NCBI GenBank assembly: GCA_043228905.1
Contig: JBHGNT010000015.1
Coordinates: forward strand, 310,001-374,000
Length of the DNA: 64,000 bases
Reading direction: 5' to 3'
From: Azolla caroliniana
Lineage: Eukaryota > Plantae > Polypodiophyta
Of this stretch, positions 33,540 to 48,345 are shown one piece after another. Position numbers and translations under genes: made by a program. The notes under the pieces are model-generated. The model saw nothing but the letters and a program-made list of their open reading frames with translations, was not told the origin of the DNA and did no database searches. Positions within the stretch are counted from its first letter, which is position 1. The number at the start of each line of letters is the position of its first letter.

Positions 33540-35789
33540 TCATGTGCTAATTTAATTATTGTTATTATTGGAAGAAGAAGAAGAAGAAGAAGAAGAAGAA
33601 AGGATTAGCATTTGGTACAACATATGTACTGTGTTGTGGTGTTTACTATTTAGGAGCAAACAAGAAGATATGTGTGTGGGGTCAATTTGTCCACCATTTC
33701 CGGCGCCTCTGTTTTGTTTTGTTTTGTTTCATTGTGTGTGTGTGTAGAGAGAGATACATATGTGTGTACATAGATCGATAGATAGGAGGGCCGACGCCTC
33801 TGTTTTGTTTGTTTGTTTGTTTCTGTGTGTGTGTGTGTGTAGAGAGAGAGATATGTGTGTACATAGATGATAGGAGGGCCGTAGATTGAATGGACCCACG
33901 ACTCACGAGCCAAGAACCATGCCAACTTATGAAAAACACCCCTCGCGTCATGGATCTGATCGGACATCATGATTAACACATGGGTACACACACACATATA
34001 CATACATACATATATATCCAATTCCTCTTGTCATGCCTTGACATGGAGGCTCTACGAGATCGAAGCAAAATTGATGGCACTTAGTTTAGCGTCACACCCT
34101 TGTCTTCACAAGTTGGCAACTATAATGGGTTGTTACTTGTGGTTGGGAGTTGTTGATATGATGGAGACATATATATGGTTGTTTTTTGTTGAGGCTCTTG
34201 ACCTTCTTGATTACTCTTGACACTTCATCTAATTGTCGTGTTTGTAAACAAGATGCTCAACAACACTAACCCATGCCCTTCCTTGTAATTTTTCATTCCC
34301 GTCTAAACAAAGTTACTTAGGGTGGGTGGATAGAAACTTCATTATCGTTCTTGTTGGTTTTGAGGTTGTTTTTCTCGAGAAATGTTATTCATTATTCGTC
34401 TCAGTTTCTCTCGACACTTCAATCTAGTTGTCATGTTTCCAAACAAATACCCTAATAACACTAACCCATTCCTTTTCGTGTCATGTTTTCATACACATTG
34501 GTTCATACGCTTCATCTAGTTATGTTTTCCGAACAAATACCCTAATAGCACTAACCCATTCCTTTTTAGTGTCATACACATTGGTTCATACATTGCATTG
34601 GCGATTATGCACACAACTATTTTTGAGTTGAACATGTTCGCTTGACAACCGTCCGTCACAAACATTAGATGTGTTATGACATGCTCCTTATGGTTTTGAG
34701 GAACATGGAAGCATTGTATTTGTCTTCTCTATTTAAAATTAAAATTTGCATAGATAAGTTATCGTCTACCAATCAGACAATAGCTTATCATGTTGGTTTA
34801 ATCAACAACTAGTATTATGAAGTTAGAAATTTATGTGTTCATTTTTGTTGTTGGTGATGTCAAGAACATGCATATCCACATGCCACACCGTATTGTCTTA
34901 TTATTGGTTCTTTAATGCGGGAAATGTTCCACATGAGTGTTCCATGAGTCCTTATAGTTTAAAGCACAATAACTAATATTGTACACGAAAACTTCATGAT
35001 GAGGTGAAAACCCACAAAATTACAAATGTAGAGTTACTAGATCCCCCGTGGACATGTGAGTGCTCAAAGCAACTCAAAGAAATATTGGATGTTGCCCATT
35101 CAGAGGACTTGTAACCTTGGACAATCTCACATAGATCATTTAAGTGTTTGCTTGATAAACATAATCATGTTAACAGGATTTTGATTTAGGAGACTAAATT
35201 ATTACACAAAGAGTGCTCGTTGATTGGTTGTCATATCAGCACTAGCACATGGTTGGTGGGACTTTTAACCCTCCACGTAACAAAAAACATCATACATCAC
35301 AACTCGTTGCATGAGAGAACATCAAAGAATTGTTGATGTCGTGAAACAACTTATACAACCGAAGTTCCATCTCAAACAAAAATGTAAAGATGATCACGAG
35401 ACTGCGCTTTGCAACCTTTGTAATGAATAATGCTATGGTAAGTAAGTCCATAGTAAAAAAAAAGGTCAATCAAACTGATACATACATACTCATGCTATTC
35501 GACGACTTTCGTTATCGGGTGTGGTTGTGGGAGAGACGAGGGATTCCTCCGGCTCCGGGCCAACAACGATAGACGAGGTAAGGTTGGATGAGCAAATATG
35601 TATGTATGTACATATTTATTTGTCCGCCGCCCAAGTGTGAATCCAAATCAAAAGTATTACATTACCTCCACCCTGCCTCTGTCTTTCTCTTTCTCTGCAT
35701 TCAAAGAAATAAATAACCCATGAAGCTACTCTGTTTCTCTACCTGAGAACCCTAGCTGAAGGAAGAAACGAAGAAGTCTAAGTCTCGCC

Positions 35790-38700
35790 ATGTTTCTCTA
35801 CAGCCTAACTCTGCAGAGGGCTACAGGAGTCGTCTGCTGCTGCTACGGCTCCTTCACAGGATCCAAGTCGCAAGAAATAGTGGTGGCTAGAGGGAAGGTA
35901 TTAGAGCTTCTCCGCCCCGATGATAACGGTAAGATTCAAACCATTCTCTCTGTCGAATGCTTCGGAGCTTTGCGCTCCCTCGCTCCTTTTAGACTCACGG
36001 GATTCCAGAAAGATTACATTGTCGTTGGCTCGGACTCGGGACGGATCGTCATCTTAGAGTACAACAAAGAAAAGAACACGTTTGAGAAAGTTCATCAAGA
36101 GACTTTTGGAAAGTCTGGATGCCGTCGTATTGTTCCTGGACAATATCTGGCCGTAGATCCAAAAGGCCGAGCAGTCCTCATCGCGGCTTTAGAGAAGCAA
36201 AAACTTGTCTATGTGCTCAATAGAGATAATGTGGCACGGCTTACAATTTCGTCTCCTCTTGAGGCGCACAAGTCTCATACAATTGTTTACTCTGTTATCG
36301 GTGTAGATTGTGGTTTTGATAACCCAATGTTTGCGGCAATTGAGCTTGATTACCATGATGCTGATGTTGATTCCACTGGAGCAGCTGCGAATGAAGCTCA
36401 AAAGCATCTCACATTCTATGAATTGGACCTCGGTCTTAACCATGTTCTTAGAAAGTGGTCTGAGCCTGTGGATAATGGAGCAAATCTTCTTGTTGCTGTC
36501 CCTGGGGGTGCAGATGGGCCGAGCGGAGTTCTTGTTTGTGCAGAGAATTTTGTTATCTATAAGAACCAGAATCATCCCGATGTAAGGGCAGTTATTCCAC
36601 GAAGAGCTGATCTTCCTGCAGAGAGAGGCGTTTTAATAGTTTCTGCTGGAACATTGAGGCAAAAAACTATGTTCTTTTTCCTTCTCCAGACTGAATATGG
36701 TGACATTTTCAAAGTCACCTTAGAGTATAGAGATGATAAAGTATCTGAGCTGAAAATCAAGTATTTTGACACCATCCCTGTGACATCAGGCATGTGTGTT
36801 CTTAAGTCAGGATTCCTGTTTTGTGCGTCAGAGTTTGGTAACCATGCTCTATATCAGTTTCAAGGCGTGGGTGATGATGAGGATGTGGAATCCTCATCAG
36901 CAACCTTAATGGAAACCGAAGAGGGATATCAACCTGTGTTTTTTCAACCTAGAAAGCTGAGGAATTTGGTTCAACTAGATGAAATCGAAAGCTTAATGCC
37001 CATTTTAGACATGAAAGTGATGAATATGTTTGAGGAGGAGACACCTCAGATTTTTTCCCTTTGTGGTAGAGGTCCAAGGTCTTCCCTTCGTGTCCTTAGG
37101 CCAGGATTGGCTGTTACTGAAATGGCTGTTTCATCACTTCCTGGTATGCCGATAGCAGTCTGGACTGTGAAAAAGAGTGTGAATGATGAGTTTGATGCGT
37201 ATATTGTGGTCTCTTTTACAAATGCCACACTGGTGCTTTCCATTGGGGAGACAGTTGAAGAAGTTAGTGATAGTGGATTTCTGGATACAACACCCTCTTT
37301 AGCAGTTTCTCTTCTTGGTGAAGACTCTCTAATGCAAGTTCACCCTCATGGTATCCGACATATCAGGGCAGATGGTCGTATTAATGAATGGAAGACCCCG
37401 GGGAAGAAAACCATCGTGAAAGTGGGCAGCAATAGGATGCAAGTGGTCATTGCATTGAGTGGTGGTGAACTCATCTATTTTGAGATGGATTTGACAGGTC
37501 AGTTGATGGAAGTTGACAAACGAGACATGTCTGGGGACGTTGCTTGTTTGGACATCGCTCCAGTTCCTGAAGGAAGGCAGAGATCGAGATTTTTAGCAGT
37601 GGGTTCTTATGATAGTACCATAAGAATTCTGTCTCTCGACCCAGATGATTGCATGCAAGTTCTGAGTGTCCAGAGTGTGTCTTCCCCTCCAGAATCTCTG
37701 CTTCTTCTTGAGGTTCAGGCTTCAGTTGGAGGAGATGATGGTGCAGATCACCCAGCAAGTGTGTTTTTAAATGCTGGGCTTCAGAATGGTGTTCTCCTCA
37801 GGACAGAAGTCGACATGGTAACTGGGCAATTATCTGATACTAGAACAAGGTTTCTAGGTTTACGGGCTCCAAAGCTTTTCTCTACCCTAGTAAGGGGTAG
37901 ACAAGCCATGTTATGTCTTTCAAGTAGGCCTTGGCTAGGCTATATTCATCAGGGACGTTTTCTTCTTACACCACTGTCTTACGAGACGCTTGAATATGCG
38001 GCTTCCTTCTGCTCTGATCAGTGTGCTGAAGGTGTTGTCGCTGTTGCTGGTGAAGCCCTACGTGTCTTCACTATCGAGAGGCTTGGTGAGACCTTCAATC
38101 AGACTGTTGTGCCTCTTCGATATACACCTCGCAAGTTCATTTTGCATCCCAATAAGAAGAACCTGATCATTCTCGAGAGTGATCAGCGTGCATTCACGGC
38201 GGAAGAGAGAGAAATGGTCAAAGCAGAGTGCATAGAGGCAGCTGGATTAAGGCCAGATGAGGATCTTGAAGATGAAGAGAAGAAAGAGGATTTACTGCCA
38301 GATGAACAATTTGGCTATCCCAGGGCAGAAACAAAAAAGTGGGTTTCCTGTGTCAGGGTATTAGACCCCAAATCTTCAGAGACCACCCACTTGCTCAGCT
38401 TACAAGATAATGAAGCTGCTTTTAGCTTATGCTCTGTCAGTTTCCATGACAGAAGTGGTGGTCCACTGATAGCTATTGGTACTGCCAGGGAATTACAGTT
38501 TTGGCCAAAGAGGCAATGTGCTAGTGGTTTCATTCATATATACAAGAGCATAGAAGATGGGAAGAAACTGGAACTACTGCATAAAACACCTGTAGATGGA
38601 GTGCCCACTGCCCTTTGCCAATATCAAGGGCGTCTACTGGTAGGAATTGGGCAGATTTTGCGCATTTATGACCTTGGCAAAAAGAAACTTCTGCGAAAAT

Positions 38701-39625
38701 GTGAGAATAAGAACTTCCCAAACACCATCATGGCAATTCATACTTATGGAGATCGTATTTATGTGGGTGACATTCAGGAGGTATGCCATCATTTTTCAGC
38801 CATATCATGTATGCACAAAATGTCACTGCTCTTAAGAAGGTTTTGGCTAGAAACTAATCTTTTCAAATTCAGCTCCTCTAATATATCGTTTCTGTTTTGC
38901 AGTCCTTCCATTATGTTAAATATCGCCGCGATGAGAATCAGCTCTACACATTTGCAGATGACAGTTGTTCACGCTGGTTGACAGCAACTCTACACATAGA
39001 TTTTGACACTATGGCAGGTGCAGACAAGTTTGGCAATGTGTATTTTGTAAGATTGCCTTCTGATGTATCCGAAGAGATAGAAGATGATCCAACAGGAGGC
39101 AAAATAAAGTGGGAACAAGGAAGGTTGAATGGAGCTCCCAACAAAGTTGAAGAAGTCATTCAGTTCCATGTGGGTGATGTAGTGACTTGTTTACAAAAAG
39201 CTTCTTTGATACCTGGAGGGGGCGAGTGTGTTATTTTTGGAACAGTGATGGGAAGTATTGGTGCACTTTTGCCTTTCCAATCAAGAGAGGACGTGGATTT
39301 CTTCTCTCACCTTGAAATGCATCTACGGCAGGAGCATCCTCCGCTGTGTGGGCGTGAGCATGTGAGCTTCCGATCGGCCTATTTTCCTGTGAAGGTAAGT
39401 TAATTTTGTGTTCAGTCTCCAGAACAGAAGTAAGTTGTGAGCAGCTCCCTTGATCTGACATTGCTCTTGTAATATTTGCTTTTAAAGGATGTTATTGATG
39501 GAGATCTCTGTGAGCAATACCCTAGTTTGGCACCAGATTTGCAGAGGAAGATTGCAGATGAGCTCGATCGCACACCTGGAGAGATTTTGAAGAAATTAGA
39601 AGATATAAGAAACAGAATCATTTAG
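35790..39625 (+). CDS. SF3B3: Splicing factor 3B subunit 3 (SAP130/Rse1), 3 exons
   Basis: Exons 35790-38780, 38903-39394, 39488-39625. MFLYSLTLQ, HQETFGKSGCRRIVPGQYLA, LTISSPLEAHK, KDVIDGDLCEQY...LDRTPGEILKKLEDIRN. Confidence 0.97.
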
Positions 39626-40216
39626 AAAATTGATTGCCAGTGTTTGATGAGGCTACTTTGGGTGATATTGCAGAGGATGTTGGACTGCATGTGTTTCTTT
39701 CTTTAGCTTAAAAGGCTGAAACTGATGGTTGGAGCACGCAGGGCCTACTCTATTTATGCAACAATGGATGGATGTATATTTATCAGTTTCATTTGTTTTA
39801 AGATTATAGTCTTTAATTTAGTTAATGCAGATAAGTTTTATACTAGAAAGCTCAAAAAGTCTTTGATATTTTCTTCTTTGTAAACTATTGTTTGGGGTAA
39901 TTTTTTTTTGTTCCAACTTAAATTTAGTTAAGGATGTTCTGTATTAGAGCAGAAGAACGAAACATCAAGTGCTTTAGATGATGGATGGTTTTTTGTTGCT
40001 CTAATAATCCATCATTGGAGACATTTTGGAAATTTGTGCATATGCTCTCATAAAAAATTGGTTGTGCCTGTTCCTTTGTTTTTTTAGTACAAAATTGCAT
40101 TTTTGCTTTTTCCTTCTTTCTGTTTTCATTGTGTGAGATCTTGTCCGCATCAGTGTAATGTATATTTTGAGGGTATTGACTTCCATGATGAATGTTGCCA
40201 AACTACTGAGTCTACC

Positions 40217-40555
40217 ATTTGGCAGTGCATGATTAGTATAACGTACTTATTGTGAATTTGGAAAGTTCTAATCAAGAGTTCTATCTATGTGAACTTGTGC
40301 TTTTGTGAAATTAAACAGGAAAGTAGCATCTTGGTAACACCAGTATTCTCGATCTTTGGGCAACAAGTGTCTTCAAACATGTATGATGTTTATGATATTC
40401 TCAATCTTTGCGTTGGCAGTGTGATTAGTAAAATGTAACCCTCAGTATGGGAAGTTCTAATCAAGAGTTCTGTCTATGTGAACTTGTGCTTTTGTGAAAT
40501 TAAATGGGAAACTAGCATCTTGGTCGCATTACTTTTCTCAATCGTTGGACAACAA
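40217..40555. repeat. Diverged ~190-bp direct duplication downstream of SF3B3
   Basis: AAGTTCTAATCAAGAGTTCT.TCTATGTGAACTTGTGCTTTTGTGAAATTAAA occurs at about 40263 and 40452. Confidence 0.75.
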
Positions 40556-41746
40556 GAGTGACCCTAAACCCTAAACCATGTATTACGTTTATAATTACAT
40601 CTTGATTTGTTGGTGAACTATATGTAGATAAATTCTATTGTAACTGCCTTATGCTTTTTGCTTATTCACATTCAATTGCCTTATGAACATCCAACATTTC
40701 TTAGTACATTCACAATGATTCCATGCTATAGGATAATACCAAGTAATAAGGACAAGCATGAATTCACTAGTTTTGATAGCTTGTGAGACAAAACAATGAA
40801 GAATATAGGGAAACCTAGACTTTGTATGCTTGTTTGTCTCAAGTTGATTGGAAATAAAAAAGTACTATAACTTTGGCCTTGGCATACAAAGGAATGCTTG
40901 ACTCATTGTAAATCTTAATATGTGTCTTACCTTCCTCAAATGAGACTCCCAATATCCATATGCTGTACCTTTTCAGAATTGGAACTTCTTTGTCTCACAA
41001 TGCGATGACTTGGATAATTGTAGATACCATATAGTTTACGTGTTGAGAATAGGAGGACATGTCTGACATAAAACCCTCTACAACTAAAGCAAGCACAAAA
41101 TAAGACAAGGTGGTTTTGGGAATGCCAAGTTGTAAGCATACGATACACAAACGATTTTTATGTGCTGAATATGCAATGCATTTCCCTCCTCAATCTGCCT
41201 TGAGCTTGCTTGACCACTTCTTGCAAGAATATGGCCCAAGTGTAAAGTGAGTGAATGACCTTTCCATGGCCGTCACAAAGGCGTCCATCTTAGGTTTGCG
41301 AATTGCAAAAAAAATGTTTCATGACAAAGTGGGTGTTGGTAGTAGAAGACCATCTAAGTTTGGTATATAACAAGGAATGAATGGCCAAAGGGCCGCCACA
41401 AACTCATGGGTGATGTAGACTATGTATCTAGAATAAAATATCCTTGACACATGATCAATAAGGCAAGAAATATGTGGGGAAGAGGCCAGGCCAACGACCT
41501 GAGCTTGCTTGCTCGCTCGCGTGACAAAATGTATGTAATCATCCGGCGAACACGAGGCAGGCGAAACCCGAGCGCGACACATGGCAAAACCTCAATGGCT
41601 CCCAACCATGCTGACGTGGTAGGAAAACTTCCGGTAGTCTCTTATCTTTTTGGCTTTCATCGGAGGAGGAGAACTCTCTGTTTCTGTTTCTGGTCTTCTT
41701 CTTCCCTTCTCTCCCCCCTGTGTAACCAACCTTCTAAGCTCTGGCG

Positions 41747-43714
41747 ATGGCAGTGTGCCATTGCTTCACTGCCTCAGCCAACATGCGTTCCATCTCTTCT
41801 CTCCCACATTCACCTATCAATCTTCTACCACCACCATGCCCATCCTTGCATTCTCCACATCACCACCATGGCCGCCCTTCTTCAACTCTGCATACACTGC
41901 TCATCTCCTTTCCGTCTATTTCTTCGTCCCGATGCAGAGCGATGTATCGCGATGAAGAGATCCTAGGGAGTGTTGCATCCGAAGAAGAAATCGTTACTTC
42001 ACGCTTGGGAGCAGGATCAGATATGGAAGGTCCCATAGAGCTTCCCGCCGAAGAGGACCCCTTCGACTCTCTAATCTCTGCAGGTGCTTCATCTCCTCTG
42101 CAATCTGCAATCAGCATTCTGTTCACAGGAACCCTCGCAATCGTCCTCTATGGCTCCTTACGGAAACGCGTCAAGCTTGTCAAAGGAACGGTATGTACCT
42201 TTCTCCTCCCTCTGATGCACACAATCTATTGGTGTGAGTAGTAACTCAGCAGTAATCTCTTGTATGTTGGGTCTCATGTGCCATTTTTGGCGCCTGTCCA
42301 GTAGACACAGTACAACTTCAAATCATTTCATTTCATCTATTGTTCTTATGGATTTAGCCTAAACATTAATTCGGTTCTGATCTCCAGTTCGTTCTCTTGG
42401 GCCATGTGAACTTCTCTACAAGATTTCAATTCATTTATCATTCTTATGTATGGGACTGCGAATATGCATCTTTTGTTCAGTCTTAACCTTTTGTTCAGTC
42501 TCATGGGCAATTGCGGGCCTGTCTAAGATAATATTCATTCATACATCTTTTCTCTTTCGTTGGTTGTGTGAAATACCTATAAATTGCCCACATCTTTTCA
42601 GGTGCATTTTTGCAGAAATTTCGCTCGTCTGGTCTTGCAAGTGTGAATGAAGGGGCAGGCGAAAAGAACGATGGACCCATTTCGACTCCCAAGAAGCAAG
42701 GTGCAAAGGCTCCTCCATCAGCCTTTCAAACATTGCAAGGTGGGATCATCGCCGGTGCCATTGCGTATGTCCTCTACAATTTCGCTACCACAGTTGATGC
42801 CGGCTTTGCTTCTAAGCCTGTTTCTGCTGTTTATACGGTATGCTTTTCTCTTCTTTTTCTCTGAGAAGGATATTTAACGCTTGGTGACTAAGATAGGCTT
42901 AACTGTCTTGAGATCAAAGGTGGCTCATGAATGCCACAATAGCTATTAGCCATCCTATAAATAGGAAACCTTGGAAAGCTAGACACACTTTGTTTCTGGC
43001 ACGGGACACATTATACAAGTTAAGGGATGGGTGGTCATCTGACATCTACTTTTGACGATAACATCCCAATTGCTTCTTTTTTGTCCTACACTTCCATGAG
43101 GAGCTCCACAATGGAAAGTTTATCGTTTGTGCTTCATTTCACACTGCTACATGCTAAAGAAACCTGAGTGAAGGCATTCAATTAGCCATTCCTAATTCTT
43201 GACCATGATGGAAATCCGCACCATGACTATGTCCTGAAGTTGAAAGTATTTCACTTCTACTGTTAATGATGTGTCCTGCCATGTACAAATTCAGGACACT
43301 TTTTCAATGATGAATAAAATGCTTTCTAAAGTTAAGATGCATTTCCTTTACCACAGCTTATATGATCTTCTCTTTGTTCTCATCTTCTGTGCAGATTCGA
43401 CAGTTAACGATTACCATCAGGTTCTGTTTGCTGGTGTCTCAAATTCCTTTCATCGAACTTTTATATGATTATATCAACTCTTATCCATCACCATGTTTTC
43501 GTCATTTGTATGCAGGACCATCGTGACTGGGATATGCTACCTGGCAACCTTCGTTTTTGCTGCGAATAGCCTTGGATTGTGCCTGTATTCTATCCAGATT
43601 GCCCTTAATTTAGGCGCACCTGTACCTCCGGCTTCTCTAGATGTTGATGCAACCAATGGTGAAATCGAGCCAACACAACTTGAATCTCCTGAAGAAGTGA
43701 AGGAAGAAAAATAG
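41747..43714 (+). CDS. DUF3082-like plastid membrane protein, 4 exons
   Basis: Exons 41747-42190, 42616-42837, 43395-43420, 43516-43714. S/P/H-rich transit peptide; SPLQ.A.SILFTG, KFRSSG, IRQLTITIRTIV.G.CYLATFVF..NS.GL.LY. Confidence 0.82.
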
Positions 43715-44837
43715 CTTGGGATCATGTGAACCTATGCAATCCAATCCAGAGATGTTTTGTGTACATGCTATGCTCTTTGGGAATTAAAGGAGCTCAACAA
43801 AGAAAGGAGACAATTTGATTTGTTATGTTTATGTGCTATATTAAAGTTTGGTCGCAAGCTCTCTGTGATTCGAAACACCATAAGGGCTATCTCTATATGT
43901 GTGGATCGTGAAGCAGCTACTTTTTAATCGTTGATTGTGAAGGAAGAAATGCATGGATGTTTTTATAATACCCTGGCAGGAAACTTTTTCTGACCTTGGT
44001 TGGGCTTGCTATTGTTGAAACCCAAGCATCGATTTGTTAAATAACAAAGAAATACATATTGCTGAATGGTTCTGTTGTATTTGTTTTGAGGTACTTCGTT
44101 GTCATTCTGTTTCATCTAATAATATAAAGGAACCAATGGAAATGTACGCCTGCTCAGATGTTTTGGTGGATTTATGTTTTCAAGAATGGGTATCATACAT
44201 TGGTTTGTGTAGTGGGCTGGCGAACAAATTTCCTTTGAGAATTGTCTTGTTTTTGCATTAGTCGAAGTATGAAACTAGTCTTTATTGGATAATTTGGCAC
44301 CAAGATGTTTGTTGTAAAGGACCTAAAACTCTTCATTAGACCTGAAATCTCTTACAATGTCCTATGATAAATAGACGTGACAGTTCAAGTGCTCAAATTG
44401 TTGCGGATTTGTGGCTACAATGACGAAATTATAGCATACAGCCAACAACATTGTAGGTAGTAATGTAACTTTACCTCAAAAGTTATTGTGAACCAATCGG
44501 CGAGGATGAAATATTCAAAATTCGGAAAGTAAATGTGGGCAAATTATTTGGCACTTGCAGAGGGAAGTGTAATTGAGTTAAAATGGGAGATTCTTGTACA
44601 AAATGTAAAACTGTGCAGTGTACACACATCTCTTTCAATGATCATCCATAATCACAAATTACAATCATGCCAAGCTCTGTTGCTACTTTGTTGGAATGAA
44701 TTATTATGCACATATAGGGGCATGCTAAATCTCAGCAAAATAACAAGTTAGTATTCTAGTGTGTGTCATTCGGAGGAGACATGGTAGCATTAAAAGGCGC
44801 AAAAACGTGAATTTGCATTCCAAAGAGAATGGAATAA

Positions 44838-44918
44838 CGTGGACGGCAGGATTCGAACCTGCGCGGGCGAACCCACATGATTTCTAGTCATGCCCGATAA
44901 CCACTCCGGCACGTCCAC
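44838..44918 (-). tRNA. trnS-AGA: tRNA-Ser(AGA), copy 1
   Basis: GTGGACGTGCCGGAGTGGTTATCGGGCATGACT-AGA-AATCATGTGGGTTCGCCCGCGCAGGTTCGAATCCTGCCGTCCACG, with long variable arm. Confidence 0.97.
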
Positions 44919-45021
44919 TGGATGAATGATCGCTCCATTCTTCATTAATACATATCTTATTTAAATCTATATGACGTGAATCGTCAAACAAACTTTGATT
45001 AGCTATTGCAGTGCTCGGAAA

Positions 45022-45102
45022 CGTGGACGGCAGGATTCGAACCTGCGCGGGCGAACCCACATGATTTCTAGTCATGCCCGATAACCACTCCGGCACGTCC
45101 AC
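45022..45102 (-). tRNA. trnS-AGA: tRNA-Ser(AGA), copy 2
   Basis: Identical 81-nt body. Confidence 0.97.
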
Positions 45103-45207
45103 TGGATGAATGATTACAGCATTCTTCATTAAAAGTCATCTTATTTAAATCTTCATGACGTGAAAGCCGTCAAACAAACTTTGATTAGCTGTTGGGGTGC
45201 TCGGCAA

Positions 45208-45288
45208 CGTGGACGGCAGGATTCGAACCTGCGCGGGCGAACCCACATGATTTCTAGTCATGCCCGATAACCACTCCGGCACGTCCAC
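45208..45288 (-). tRNA. trnS-AGA: tRNA-Ser(AGA), copy 3
   Basis: Identical 81-nt body. Confidence 0.97.
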
Positions 45289-45393
45289 TGGATGAATGAT
45301 TACGGCATTCTTCATTAAAAGACATCTTATTTAAATCTTCATGACGTGAAAGCCGTCAAACAAACTTTGATTAGCTGTTGGGGTGCTCGGCAA

Positions 45394-45474
45394 CGTGGAC
45401 GGCAGGATTCGAACCTGCGCGGGCGAACCCACATGATTTCTAGTCATGCCCGATAACCACTCCGGCACGTCCAC
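45394..45474 (-). tRNA. trnS-AGA: tRNA-Ser(AGA), copy 4
   Basis: Identical 81-nt body. Confidence 0.97.
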
Positions 45475-47970
45475 TGAATGACAAAAGATAATGAAAGAAA
45501 TATTTAACAAAATGTTATACGGCTGAAATAATGGCATTTCACTGTGCAAATGAAGAAGACTCCCCCCCAATCTACCGTTTCTAATTCTAGTAACATATAT
45601 AAGCTACAAAGAATTATTGTTGCAGGTTCATAAAAAATATAGCATTATTGCAATGAATCTTTCCTTCCTTTGTGGTAGTTTTAGATTGTAGTGAAGGCAG
45701 TTGCTGAAAGACATTGAGATTACCTAATGAATGAACCTTGTCGAGAAGCATGCAATGAAACTAGTGCTTGATTGCTCAAGACATTTGAGCTATTGCTATG
45801 AAAAGACGGCATGTGTTGCAAAACATTCGAGTAGGATTTCTTGCCAAACTCAATCATCATATTTCTAATTTGTGCTCTTTGAGGCCATCTTGATGAGTAT
45901 TAATTCCATATTTTTCTCAAGAAGGCTATACGATATATCTATCATGCACCAACAATGCATTACATTTCTAATGTACAAAACCACTTGCGAGGTGAATCCT
46001 TGTTTTCCCATACATTTTCAATATTGGTCATAAATAGAAGTTTGCAAGTCAATTGGGAGTATTATAAAGTGGATTGATTATCTATGGTAAGAAACCCTTG
46101 CAAAAATATATATCAAAGGGCAAACCATGACGCTAAGTTTTTTTGTTTTACTTTCATAATGTTTTCCAAGTATTTAATTGTTGCATTCTACATTCTCAAA
46201 GCTTCTCGTTGCATGTTAGTGCTTTTAGGATATTTAATTCCACATAGATATCTATTATTGTCGTCATCATTGGTTCGTAACATAAACTCCGAGAAACTAT
46301 TGATCGAACTGCTTTTATTAATGTTGGCATTACAATTAGAACATGTGCATGTATATGAAAGACTTATGTTTCCTTGCCTTAATTAAACAACACTTGAATG
46401 TTACGCATGAATCCATGATCATATAAAACACTCTAGGTAGCTCTTATGTAAGAAAGAGAGGTTAGTTGATTGAAAAATGAAGGTATCTCCTCAAATCGAG
46501 CAAGACAATTAAACAATGTCAAAGAGAAAAGAACGTAAATATAATCAAGATGTTTTGGGTGACACTTTTATATTCATTCCCATGATGACTACATGAGAAG
46601 GACATAGAAATAGGAACAAGAGAATACCCATATGCTGGTTGTCCCCCTTAAGAATGGATATTGTAAGCAAAGAGTTGTGATTGATTGATGTAATCTTCAT
46701 TTTTAATCATGCAACAATACCATGTACAACTCTTGATTATTAAAATGTATGGACAAAGTCACACTAATGCATGCCAACACATTAGACATTTTGTGTCCTG
46801 CCAAGTATTCAACTGAGAACCTCAAGGTACTAACTTCAATACTTCAAAAAAGAAAGCTAAATTTCATGATTCATCTCCATATTATACCTAGTTGTCACTC
46901 ATGTTTTGATAGGCTTCACTCATGAGCCACAAGTAGGTATACAATTGTGACATTGACATAAGAGAAAAGACATTTACAACAACAATCCAAGCTTGGAAGT
47001 CTCTAGCTTGCATCAAGGATATATCAATCCCTCTTGGATTTCAGAAAACTTCACATTTTGTTTCATGTAGATAATGAACGAATAAGGGTGATAATGAACT
47101 CAATAATAATACTATGAAACATTTTGGACGAATCGGGGTATAGGTAACATTGGATTCAACCATTCCAATGGTTCCATTTTGGACAATGTACATCTTCTTG
47201 TAGTTATGTTCTTTGTAAAAGAGAAATGTCTTATCAATATGTATACATAGGTGCAAACATTGTATTAGTACACATTACAACAGGGACATTATGGATTGAC
47301 AATGTGTGCATCCATCAACAAATGGAAAATATATGAATACATGTATGAATGATGTTCCTTGGGAAGAGGAAAGGAGGTTTAAGTCTCATTCTGTGGACGT
47401 CATCAATAAAGCTCAGCACAATTCGACTTCACGAGAGGTATAATGCCAGATTTGGATACAACCACAAGCAAGTGCTACTTTAGGAATTTTGGGGAGAGTG
47501 TCAAGGAGAGCGATCTTAATTACAACTCGATCGGTATCTCTCGGACTACTGTGATACTCGAGTAAAAGTATATTTTGAAAATATGAGAGACATTTCAACG
47601 TATGTATATGTACATACTTTTGGTGTTGCAGCTGGAACCGAAAGGCTATTAACTATGTGTGTGGGTGTGTGTATGGACAAGACATGAGATGTATGTATAT
47701 TTAACACACACATACACAAATGACTGTTGTCCCCATACAAGCTAAGAACAAAAAAAAAATTGGTGGGCCTTGCATTTATATTAACTCATTTATGCATATG
47801 TGTGGAATAAAATTGGAAGGAATCTGAGGTTTTTGAGGGTATCTATGTATGCAGTCTTGTTGCTGGAGCCCCCAAAACATATTCCTTCCTTCTTAATCAA
47901 ATAGAAAGGGCAAAAAAGAAGCTCTCTCTACAAAGGAGGAAAAGAGGAGGAGAAGAACTAAAAAAAAGGT

Positions 47971-48011
<41 letters not shown>

Positions 48012-48345
48012 ACAATGTGAAACGGTCATCATGAGGAGGAGGAAGGAAAGTTGTTTTTTTGCTGCATAGATACAAACACACACACATGTTGTATGTATAT
48101 ATATATATAAATATATAGGCCAAAAGAGCTGGAGCTGAGAGGAAGGGGAAGAGAAGAGAAGAGAAGAGAGGAGAAGAGTTTGTATTGTGTTTGCAGGGAG
48201 AGGGAGCCGTTTCCTACCTACACTTTGACTTACTGCTACTATTGACCACCACTACTACTACAAGAAGAAGAAGAAGAAGAAGAAGAAGAGGAGGGAGGGA
48301 GGAAGAAAAGCAGCTACATACATACATACATACATACATACATAC

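Noticed and set aside
40561-40577. CCCTAAA x2 telomere-like motif (also near 7448)
   Set aside because: Only two units and not at PLE junctions; compatible with a telo-box or chance.
44919-45021. tRNA spacer as a dicistronic tRNA-snoRNA
   Set aside because: No canonical C (RTGATGA) and D (CTGA) box pair or H/ACA structure on the coding strand.
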